Positions 19,875 through 28,454 of a DNA stretch of 64,000 bases are shown one piece after another (the first letter of the stretch is position 1; each line of letters begins with the position of its first letter). Both the position numbers and the translations under genes were made by a program. Under the pieces are notes generated by a model. The model saw nothing but the letters and a program-made list of their open reading frames with translations. It was not told where the DNA came from and ran no database searches. Origin of the DNA: Gammaproteobacteria bacterium (GTDB lineage: Bacteria; Pseudomonadota; Gammaproteobacteria; JABABF01); assembly GCA_965237805.1 (NCBI GenBank), contig OZ250153.1:672001-736000 (forward strand). Direction: 5' to 3'.

Positions 19875-21284
19875 ATGTCTGCCACGCGCATCTTAGCTAC
19901 CTTGGGCCCCTCAAGCGCCAGCCGAGCGGCAGTGCGCCTGCTGGCCGAAGCTGGTGCGACCGCTTTCCGTCTGAACTTCAGCCACAGCAGCCATGAATTC
20001 TGCGCCCGCCTGATCCGAGAGGTGCGTGCAGTGGAGCGTGAATTGGGTCGCCCTTTCGGCATCCTCATCGACCTACAAGGCCCCAAACTGCGCATCGGCA
20101 AAGTGGCTGCTGGCACCGAGCTCAGCACTGGTGACACATTCCGCTTCGATATGGACCCAGCCAGCGGCGACAGCCAGCGCTGTTGCCTACCCTACCCGGA
20201 GATCTACGCGGCGATCGAGCGCGGACAGCAGCTGTTGGTAGACGACGGAGCCCTGCGTTTTGAGGTCTGCCGGTCTGGCACCGACATGCTGGAGACCAAG
20301 CTGGTCGTCGGTGGCCCACTGGGCACCCACAAGGGAGTCAATATCCCAAATATACAACTGCCCATCGCCCCGCTGAGCGCCAAAGACGAAGCCGATTTGC
20401 AATACGCCATGTCACTCGGTGAGGTGGACTGGGTCGCCCTGTCTTTTGTACAGAGCGCGCAGGATTTGCGTGGGCGGGTGCGGGAATTAATCGACGGGCG
20501 CGCAGCGCTGATGGCAAAGATTGAGCGTCCGGCAGCGCTGGCGGCGCTGGCTGATATCATCGATGCCGCCGACGGCATTATGGTGGCGCGAGGAGACCTA
20601 GGCGTCGAATTGCCGCCGGAACAAGTGCCGATGGTGCAGCGAGACATCATCCGGCGCTGCCGCGCGGCTGGCAAACCAGTGGTGATCGCCACCCAGATGT
20701 TAGCCTCGATGATCGAGCATCCATCGCCGACGCGGGCTGAGACAGCGGATGTGTCGACCGCCGTATTCGATCAGGCGGATGCCGTCATGCTCTCTGGCGA
20801 AACAGCAGTCGGTGCCTATCCAGAGGCAGCGGTGACCATGATGCGCCACATTGCCGAAGCCACCGAAGGGCACCCGCTGAGCGGCGAGGTGCGCCTGCGT
20901 CACTCGATGGCGGTCACCGATTCCAGCTATGAAGCCGTGGCGCGCAATGCGGTCGCCTTGGCTGAGAATATCAATGCCGATGTGCTGGTGGTGTTCAGCC
21001 TGTCGGGCACCACCGCACTACAGGTGGCGCGCGAGCGCCCTCCCCTGCCGGTAATCATCATGACCAACCGGCCCGAAGTGCGGCGGCGCATGACGCTGGT
21101 GTGGGGTGCCAACACCATGCTCGCCGAGGAACACTCCAGCCACGACAGTGTTTTCGCGCAGATCCACCGGCAACTGCTCGCCGAGGGCATCGCCGAGACG
21201 GGTCAAACCGCCGTCATCGTCACCGGCCCGCGCTTCCAACCAGATGCGGGCAAAGGCACAACGATTCGGGTCTTGAATCTATGA
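19875..21284 (+). CDS. pyk: Pyruvate kinase
   Basis: ATLGPS, RLNFSH, DLQGPKLR, KGVNIP, AKIE, MVARGDLGVE, ATQML, DAVMLSGETA. Confidence 0.97.
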   Translation: MSATRILATLGPSSASRAAVRLLAEAGATAFRLNFSHSSHEFCARLIREVRAVERELGRPFGILIDLQGPKLRIGKVAAGTELSTGDTFRFDMDPASGDSQRCCLPYPEIYAAIERGQQLLVDDGALRFEVCRSGTDMLETKLVVGGPLGTHKGVNIPNIQLPIAPLSAKDEADLQYAMSLGEVDWVALSFVQSAQDLRGRVRELIDGRAALMAKIERPAALAALADIIDAADGIMVARGDLGVELPPEQVPMVQRDIIRRCRAAGKPVVIATQMLASMIEHPSPTRAETADVSTAVFDQADAVMLSGETAVGAYPEAAVTMMRHIAEATEGHPLSGEVRLRHSMAVTDSSYEAVARNAVALAENINADVLVVFSLSGTTALQVARERPPLPVIIMTNRPEVRRRMTLVWGANTMLAEEHSSHDSVFAQIHRQLLAEGIAETGQTAVIVTGPRFQPDAGKGTTIRVLNL

Positions 21285-22097
21285 GCCGCCACCGACTCCA
21301 CCAGCTGTCTCCCCCCCGCTAAAAAACTCCCGCAACTGTGCGCGGTAATCGTCCCGCTCCCATAGCTCGTTGTGGCCAATGTCTTCGAAGACCCGCAACA
21401 GCAACTGCTCGGAGGGGAAAGCACGTGCCAAGGCATCCGAATGCGGTCGCGGGATCATCTCATCGCGATCGGCGATGACAATTAAAGTCGGAGCGCGGAT
21501 ACGCGGCACCAAAGACAGTGTATCGTACTGATCTTTGAGTAAAAGCGACATCGGGTAGAGCGGGAAGCGCTGTTGCGCCACACTCCGGATGCTGTCGTAG
21601 GGCGTGACCAAGGCCAATTGTCCCACCGGGCGCTCGGCGGCCACAAAGGCGGCGATACCGCTGCCGAGGCTGAGTCCGATCACATCGACATGGGCGTGGC
21701 GACGACTGACCTCGTCGAAGACAGTACAAGCATCGGCGAGCAATGCCGCCTGTGTCGGCCGACCCGTGCTGCCGCCGTAGCCGCGGTAATCTGGCAAGTA
21801 GCTGGTGTAGTCTGGAAATTCGGTGTGGAAAAAGTCGCGACTGTCCTGTGCCGCGCTGGCATTGCCGCCAAAATAGATCAAGGCGCGCTGGCGACCCGGC
21901 CGCACAACATGGACGAACAGCACGGCATCCTCTACCGGCAGGGTGATTGAATTCAATACCGTATCGGGGATCACCGGGTTCGGGAAATACAGAATCCGGC
22001 GCTGATTCAAATACAGTAACAAGCCGATGCCTATATAGCTGAGCACCGCAATGTAGATGATCAGCTTGAAAATGTGATGGGGCGCTGGATGAGGCAT
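21279..22097 (-). CDS. Membrane-anchored alpha/beta hydrolase
   Basis: N-terminal TM, YFGGNA, DYRGYGGS, GLSLG nucleophile elbow, Asp (DEMIP) and His (GHN). Confidence 0.9.
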   Translation of the reverse strand: MPHPAPHHIFKLIIYIAVLSYIGIGLLLYLNQRRILYFPNPVIPDTVLNSITLPVEDAVLFVHVVRPGRQRALIYFGGNASAAQDSRDFFHTEFPDYTSYLPDYRGYGGSTGRPTQAALLADACTVFDEVSRRHAHVDVIGLSLGSGIAAFVAAERPVGQLALVTPYDSIRSVAQQRFPLYPMSLLLKDQYDTLSLVPRIRAPTLIVIADRDEMIPRPHSDALARAFPSEQLLLRVFEDIGHNELWERDDYRAQLREFFSGGETAGGVGGGS

Positions 22098-22208
22098 GGC
22101 GCGCCTGCTAGAAGATGCGAGGAGATCGGGGGTGCGACGGCGCGGCCGAGGCGCTGAGCACGCCCCACAAAGCAGTGCTACAGCTGGTGACGCAGGCCGC
22201 CACGCATG

Positions 22209-23078
22209 CTAGTTCAGTAGCTGCCACACTGTGTCCTCAGCCCCATCGACACGCCCATCATGACGTAGTTTGATCAGGTGAGCATGCAGGGATTGCTTGG
22301 CCATGAAGTGCAAGCTGGGGTCGACATCATCGTAGACCCGCAACAGCAAAGCGTCCAAATCGTCACTGGCTCGCTCCAGCGCTGTCACCACTTTGCGCTC
22401 GCGACCCATGCGGTGATTGATCAGCCAATCTACCGCCTCGCTGGGATGATCGATCAGGGCACCGTGGCCCGGCCCCAGCCAGCTCAGCGAATAGTCCTTG
22501 AGCAGGCGCAACGAAGCCAAATAATCGCTCATATCGCCGTGCGGTGGGATGATGACCACAGTGGAGCCATTCATGATATGGTCACCAGTGAATAATAACT
22601 TCTCCCGCTCCAACAGATAGCAGAAATGGTTGGCGACATGCCCCGGCGTGTGCAGGGCGCGCAACGCACAACCCGGCAATTGCAGCAATTCGCCGTGCGA
22701 CGGCCTGCGCTGCGGCACAAAACTTTCGTCTTGGAAACCGTCGTTGGGCTCCAGCCGGACACCGATACACTCCGCACCAGTGGCCTCGCGCAACGGTGCC
22801 GCCGCTGGCGAATGATCCGGATGCGTATGGGTGACGACGATGTGGCTCAGGCGGCCGCCTGCCGCCGCGAGGATGGCGTCGATATGGCTCGGCAAGGCAG
22901 GGCCCGGATCCAATACCACATCGGCGTCCTCCCCGAGCAGATAGCTGTTCGTGCCGGGGCCGGTCAGCGGCCCGCCATTGGGAGCCGTCACGCGACACAC
23001 TCCGGGCATCAGCGCGACCGCTTGGCCAGGAATCACCTCGGCCGACGGTGTCGCAGCTGTCGTAGTCGAACCGCTCAT
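22209..23078 (-). CDS. MBL-fold metallo-hydrolase (LACTB2-like)
   Basis: APNGGPLTGPGTNSY, THTHPDH, TPGH, GDH, PGHG, C-terminal AHLIKL. Confidence 0.92.
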   Translation of the reverse strand: MSGSTTTAATPSAEVIPGQAVALMPGVCRVTAPNGGPLTGPGTNSYLLGEDADVVLDPGPALPSHIDAILAAAGGRLSHIVVTHTHPDHSPAAAPLREATGAECIGVRLEPNDGFQDESFVPQRRPSHGELLQLPGCALRALHTPGHVANHFCYLLEREKLLFTGDHIMNGSTVVIIPPHGDMSDYLASLRLLKDYSLSWLGPGHGALIDHPSEAVDWLINHRMGRERKVVTALERASDDLDALLLRVYDDVDPSLHFMAKQSLHAHLIKLRHDGRVDGAEDTVWQLLN

Positions 23079-23119
23079 GCCATCATCACTGCGTCGCGCA
23101 AGCGCCTAGCCAACCACAG

Positions 23120-24322
23120 CTACAGCTCGATCAAACCGGGAATCGCCACCACCGGATCCACTGCGGCACGGTAATCCACCCCTGGCTGGGCAAAGCCGAA
23201 CAAGCTAAGGAATTCTTGCTGATAACCAGCAAAATCAGCTAGCTCTGCCAAATTCTCGGTGCTCACCAAAGGCCACAGGCGCTCCACCTCCCGCTGCACC
23301 TCGGGCAGTAATTCGATGCCATCTCGGCGCAGGCGACCCTCACTGTCGACGCATTCTGGCTCCTGCCCGTACCACTGGCGCAACAGACCATTGATCTGCT
23401 CGATGCAACCCTCGTGGCTGCCGCGCTCTTTCATCACCTTGAACAACAGCGACAAGTACAACGGCATGATCGGAATCGCCGAACTGGCTTGGGTGACCAC
23501 CGCCTTCAACACGGCGACGCGCGCCTCGCCAGCAGGTGCCAAACGCTGGGTCAACAGACTGCAGACCCGATCCAAATCCTGCTTGGCCACACCGATGGTG
23601 GCATGTCCGTAAAGCGGCCAAGTCAGCCGGTCGCCGATATAGGTATAGGCCACCGTGCGGGCGTGTTGCGCCAGCAAGCCCTCCGTCGACAAACACTCGA
23701 TCCAACGCTGCCAGTCATCTCCGCCCATCACCGCCACCGTGTCGGTGATCTCGGCCTCCGCAGCGGGCTCGATGCGCATCGTCACCACCTCGCCACTATC
23801 GGTATTGACGCTGCGCGACTCAACCGCCTCGGCAATCGGCTTGAGCGCTGACTTGTGGACCACGCCGGTGTCCGGGTGCTTACGGCGCGGCGAGGCAAGG
23901 CTGTAGACCACCAGATCCAGCGGTGCCAGCGCGGCATCCTCGCGCAACAAGCCCACTACCCGATCCTTCAACTCGTCGGAGAAAGCGTCACCGTTAAGGC
24001 TGAGGGCATGGTGCCCCGCTGCCGCTGCAGCCCGATGGAAAGCCGCGCTGTGGTACCAGCCAGCAGAGCCGGAGCGTCCCGGTGCACCGGGACGCTCCAA
24101 GAAGACACCGAGAGTGGCGGCACCGCCACCGAAAGCTGCGCTGACACGCGAAGCCAAACCATAGCCGGTCGAGGCTCCGATGACCAGCACCCGCGATGGA
24201 CCGCCGCGGAGCTCGCCGCGGCTACGCACGACATCAATTTGGCGCTGCAGGGCAGCGGCGCAACCGACTGGGTGTGCCGTAACGCAAACAAAACCGCGCA
24301 CTTTGGGTTCGATGACCATCAT
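23120..24322 (-). CDS. fabV: Enoyl-ACP reductase FabV / trans-2-enoyl-CoA reductase
   Basis: AHPVGC, GASTGYGLASR, DAFS, YSLASP, YGHATIGVAK, VVTQASSAIP, HEGCIEQ. Confidence 0.95.
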   Translation of the reverse strand: MMVIEPKVRGFVCVTAHPVGCAAALQRQIDVVRSRGELRGGPSRVLVIGASTGYGLASRVSAAFGGGAATLGVFLERPGAPGRSGSAGWYHSAAFHRAAAAAGHHALSLNGDAFSDELKDRVVGLLREDAALAPLDLVVYSLASPRRKHPDTGVVHKSALKPIAEAVESRSVNTDSGEVVTMRIEPAAEAEITDTVAVMGGDDWQRWIECLSTEGLLAQHARTVAYTYIGDRLTWPLYGHATIGVAKQDLDRVCSLLTQRLAPAGEARVAVLKAVVTQASSAIPIMPLYLSLLFKVMKERGSHEGCIEQINGLLRQWYGQEPECVDSEGRLRRDGIELLPEVQREVERLWPLVSTENLAELADFAGYQQEFLSLFGFAQPGVDYRAAVDPVVAIPGLIEL

Positions 24323-25716
24323 GACGATGCGCCTGTCTTAAAGGCGGGAGGCGGCTGGCGCTCCTCGCCATTATCGGTGAAAAGCGGCGGCTGTGCTAAA
24401 TCCTCGACCAGCTCACTGAAAAAACGCCCAGCATCGGCACCGTTGATCACCCGGTGATCGTAAGACAGGCTCAGCGGCAATCGCTGACGCGCTTGCAACT
24501 CGCCCTCTACCGTGTAAACCGGCTGCGTCGCCAACCGCCCCACACCCAAGATCGCTGTCTGTGGCACATTGATAATAGGCGTGAAGCCGTGGCCGCCAAG
24601 GGGGCCGAGACTGGAGAGCGTGAAGCTGCCACCCTGCATCGCGTCGAGTTTCAAACGCCCCTCGCGAGCATCGGCTGCCAATGTCGCCAGCTCCTGCCCC
24701 AAAGACCACAGATCCTTGTGATCGGCATCGCGCAACACCGGCACCACCAACCCGGCAGGAGTGTCGACGGCGATGCCGATGTGGATGTACTGCTTGTAGA
24801 CCAGATGGCGTCCATCCGCATGCAGAGAAGCGTTGACGATGGCATGCGCCGACAGAGCGCGGGCCAAAGCGCGCAACAGGAAAGCCACTGGTGTCAGGCG
24901 CACCCCGCGGCGCTCCATCTCTGGCTTGAGCCGCTTGCGCAAGGCTTCGATCTCGGTGATATCGGCTGCGTCGAACTGCGTGACATGAGGCACATGTGCC
25001 CAGCTGGCGGCCATGTTGCGGGCAGTGGCGCGGTGGATCCGGCTCATCGGTCGCAATTCGACTTCGCCGAACGCGGCGAAATCAACCTCGGGCAGCTTCG
25101 GCGCACCGCCACCGCGTAGCACCTCGCGCACATAGGCCTGCAGATCTTCCTTCACGATGCGACCGTAGGGGCCACTGCCCTGCACACGCTCCAGCGGCAC
25201 GTCCAATTCGCGCGCCATGCGGCGCACCGCCGGGCCAGCATAGACCGAGGCAGCTGTCACTTGAGCAGACTCAGTGGAGCGGGACGGCACCGGACTGAGG
25301 CGGCGCGATGGTGCGGTGGCAGCTGCTGACTGTGTTTCGCTCTGCCCATCCACATCCTGCCGACCGGAAGTGGCCGGAGCTGCAGGTGGCGGCCCATCGA
25401 CCGACGGCTCTGCATCGCTTGGCGGCGGACTCCCCACCGCCGGGGTGGCCAGCTCCTCGCTCTGATCGACTGGCTGCTGCGCCACTTCCAAGTCGACCAG
25501 CGCCATGCCCGAGCTCACCTGCGCACCATCCTTAAGATGCACGGCACACACCCGACCAGCCGCGGGCGAAGGGATCTCCATCGACGCCTTATCCGACTCC
25601 AACACGACCAAGGACTGTTCGAGCTCGACCTCATCGCCGACAGTGACACAGATTTCGATCAACTCCACCTCGTCGGCAGTGCCGAGGTCTGGGATAGGAA
25701 CGGTAATGACAGACAT
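24319..25716 (-). CDS. aceF: Pyruvate dehydrogenase E2, single lipoyl domain
   Basis: One ESDKASME lipoyl motif, AGPAVRR E3-binding domain, catalytic DHRVINGA. Confidence 0.95.
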   Translation of the reverse strand: MSVITVPIPDLGTADEVELIEICVTVGDEVELEQSLVVLESDKASMEIPSPAAGRVCAVHLKDGAQVSSGMALVDLEVAQQPVDQSEELATPAVGSPPPSDAEPSVDGPPPAAPATSGRQDVDGQSETQSAAATAPSRRLSPVPSRSTESAQVTAASVYAGPAVRRMARELDVPLERVQGSGPYGRIVKEDLQAYVREVLRGGGAPKLPEVDFAAFGEVELRPMSRIHRATARNMAASWAHVPHVTQFDAADITEIEALRKRLKPEMERRGVRLTPVAFLLRALARALSAHAIVNASLHADGRHLVYKQYIHIGIAVDTPAGLVVPVLRDADHKDLWSLGQELATLAADAREGRLKLDAMQGGSFTLSSLGPLGGHGFTPIINVPQTAILGVGRLATQPVYTVEGELQARQRLPLSLSYDHRVINGADAGRFFSELVEDLAQPPLFTDNGEERQPPPAFKTGASS

Positions 25717-25724
25717 GACCGATA

Positions 25725-28400
25725 TCAGCTGATCATCGGATTGGCTTTTTCCGGATCGATCTCGTAATCACGAAATGCCTCTGACAAGCGTGCGGCTTTC
25801 AGCTTGCCCGCGGCCGCCAGCGAGCTCAGCGCCGCCAAAACGATGAAGCGGGCATCGACCTCAAAGAAATGGCGCAGGCAGGCACGGGTATCGCTACGCC
25901 CAAACCCATCGGTGCCGAGCACCCGGTAGGGATGCGGCACAAAAGCGCGCACCTGATCTGCCACCAAACGCATATAGTCAGTCGCGGCGATGACTGGCCC
26001 TTGGCGCGCCGACAACAACTCTGTCAAATAGGGTACCCGCGGTGTGCTGTCTGGATGCAGGAAATTCCAGCGCTCGCACTCCAGGCCATCGCGCCGTAAT
26101 TGTGAGAAGCTGGTGACACTGTAGACATCTGCGGCCACCGCAAAATCCTCACGCAACAAGCGCGCCGCCTCGAGCACCTCGCGTAGCACTGCACCGGAGC
26201 CGAGCAACTGCACCCGCGGCCGGCCGCCCAAGGCATCGTCCTCCTCAAGCAGATAAGCGCCGCGCACGATACTGTCCTCCACTCCACCGGGCATCGGTGG
26301 ATGGCAATAGTTTTCATTCATCGTCGTGATGTAATAAAAACAGTTTTCGCATTCCTGATACATGCGCCGCAAACCATCCTGAATGATCACCGCCAACTCG
26401 TAGCTATAACAGGGATCGTAGCCAATACAAGTGGGAATGGTGGAGGCCAGTAAATGACTATGCCCATCTTGATGCTGTAAGCCCTCTCCATTCAGCGTCG
26501 TGCGCCCAGCGGTAGCACCGATCAAAAAGCCGCGTGCCTGAGCATCGCCAGCTGCCCAACTCAGGTCACCGACGCGCTGGAAACCAAACATCGAATAGAA
26601 CGCATAAAAAGGGATCATCGGGTAGGCATTGGTGCTGTAGGAAGTGCCGGCAGCAAGCCATGCACTGAAAGCGCCGGACTCGTTCAAACCTTCCTCCAAA
26701 ATCTGGCCCTTAGGATCCTCTTTGTAGTACATCACTTTGCCCTTATCCACCGGGGTGTACAGCTGTCCTTGAGAGGAATAGATACCCAGCTTCCTAAACA
26801 GCCCCTCCATGCCAAAGGTGCGCGCCTCATCGGGAATGATCGGAACAATACGCGCACCAATCTGCTTATCTTCCGCCAAGATAGACAATATGCGTACAAA
26901 AGCCATCGTGGTGGAAATCTCTCGATCACCAGTGCTTTCCAACTGACGAGAAAAAGCGCTAAGTGCTGGCACGCGCAATGGCTCTGGATCGGCTCGGCGC
27001 GCTGGCAGACAACCACCTAGCATGGCGCGACGCTCCCGCATATAGTTCATTTCTGGGCTGTCAGTTGGCGGTCGATAGTACGGCACATCAGCAATGTCAT
27101 TATCGCTGATCGGAATGCCAAAGCGGTCGCGAAATTTCTTTAGTTCTTCTAAACTCAGTTTTTTTAAGGAATGAGTCTCATTGCCGGCTTCGCCTACCCT
27201 GCCCATGCCATAACCCTTAACGGTTTTAGCAAGAATGACTGTCGGTTGCCCCCGATGCTCGACGGCGTTACTGTAAGCAGCATAGACCTTGTACGGATCG
27301 TGCCCACCTCGATTCAATTTGAGGATATCGTCATCGGAAAAATTTTCGACCAACTTGAGCAACTCGGGATCTTTGCCGAAGAAATGCTCGCGGGTATAAC
27401 CGCCGTCATTGTAGCGATAGTTCTGGTAATCGCCATCCACTGCTTCATCCATACGCCGTTGCAAGACACCATTTCTATCCTGTTCCAACAACGGATCCCA
27501 ATGACGTCCCCAAATGACTTTAATGACATTCCATCCAGCACCGCGAAACGCCCCTTCAAGTTCTTGAATAATTTTTCCATTGCCACGTACCGGGCCGTCG
27601 AGACGCTGCAAATTACAATTGACCACAAAGATCAAGTTATCCAATTTTTCACGCCCAGCGAGGGAAATCACCCCTAGGGACTCAGGTTCATCGCACTCCC
27701 CATCACCGACAAAGCACCACACTTTGCGGTCACTGTGATCGACCAAAGCACGGTGGGTTTGGTACTTCATCAAGTGCGCTTGATAAATTGCCTGAATGGG
27801 GCCAAGTCCCATGGAGACAGTTGGAAACTGCCAGTAATCCGGCATCAGCCATGGGTGTGGATAAGAAGATAGGCCGTTGCCATCAACCTCGCGGCGAAAA
27901 TTGTCTAGTTGTTGCTCACTGAGGCGCTCTTCAAGATAGGAATAAGCATAGATCCCAGGCGAACTGTGCCCTTGAAAATAGATCAAGTCACCGAGATGAC
28001 CAGTCTGGCCTCCACGAAAGAAATAATTGAAGCCCACATCGTACAGTGTGGCGATCGAAGAAAAAGTTGAAATGTGCCCCCCGAGGCTCGGATCGTGGCG
28101 GTTGGCACGCATCACCATTGCCAACGCATTCCAGCGCACCAACGAGCGAATGCGGCGCTCCATGAAAATATCGCCGGGCATGCGCTTTTCTTGCGCCGTG
28201 CTGATGGTGTTGCAATAGGGCGTGAAGATGCTCTCCGGTGTGCGCACACCACCGCGCCGCGCGCGCTCTGTCACCACCTCCAGAAGATAGGCTGCTTGCT
28301 CTGCGCCGAGGTGGCGCAATACATCGTCCAGCGCATCCTCCCACTCGCGCACCTCGGCTGGTTCCCCCACCTCAACGCCGCTGTTGTGCTCAATCGTCAT
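25725..28400 (-). CDS. aceE: Pyruvate dehydrogenase E1 (homodimeric)
   Basis: GGHIS, YPHPWLMPDYWQFPTVSMGLG, GDGECDE, NCNLQRLDG, GEGLQHQDG, GTDGFGRSD. Confidence 0.98.
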   Translation of the reverse strand: MTIEHNSGVEVGEPAEVREWEDALDDVLRHLGAEQAAYLLEVVTERARRGGVRTPESIFTPYCNTISTAQEKRMPGDIFMERRIRSLVRWNALAMVMRANRHDPSLGGHISTFSSIATLYDVGFNYFFRGGQTGHLGDLIYFQGHSSPGIYAYSYLEERLSEQQLDNFRREVDGNGLSSYPHPWLMPDYWQFPTVSMGLGPIQAIYQAHLMKYQTHRALVDHSDRKVWCFVGDGECDEPESLGVISLAGREKLDNLIFVVNCNLQRLDGPVRGNGKIIQELEGAFRGAGWNVIKVIWGRHWDPLLEQDRNGVLQRRMDEAVDGDYQNYRYNDGGYTREHFFGKDPELLKLVENFSDDDILKLNRGGHDPYKVYAAYSNAVEHRGQPTVILAKTVKGYGMGRVGEAGNETHSLKKLSLEELKKFRDRFGIPISDNDIADVPYYRPPTDSPEMNYMRERRAMLGGCLPARRADPEPLRVPALSAFSRQLESTGDREISTTMAFVRILSILAEDKQIGARIVPIIPDEARTFGMEGLFRKLGIYSSQGQLYTPVDKGKVMYYKEDPKGQILEEGLNESGAFSAWLAAGTSYSTNAYPMIPFYAFYSMFGFQRVGDLSWAAGDAQARGFLIGATAGRTTLNGEGLQHQDGHSHLLASTIPTCIGYDPCYSYELAVIIQDGLRRMYQECENCFYYITTMNENYCHPPMPGGVEDSIVRGAYLLEEDDALGGRPRVQLLGSGAVLREVLEAARLLREDFAVAADVYSVTSFSQLRRDGLECERWNFLHPDSTPRVPYLTELLSARQGPVIAATDYMRLVADQVRAFVPHPYRVLGTDGFGRSDTRACLRHFFEVDARFIVLAALSSLAAAGKLKAARLSEAFRDYEIDPEKANPMIS

Positions 28401-28454
28401 CTCGACCGCCCTCTTGGAGCCCACATCATCACTTGTAACATCGACATTCCAGTC

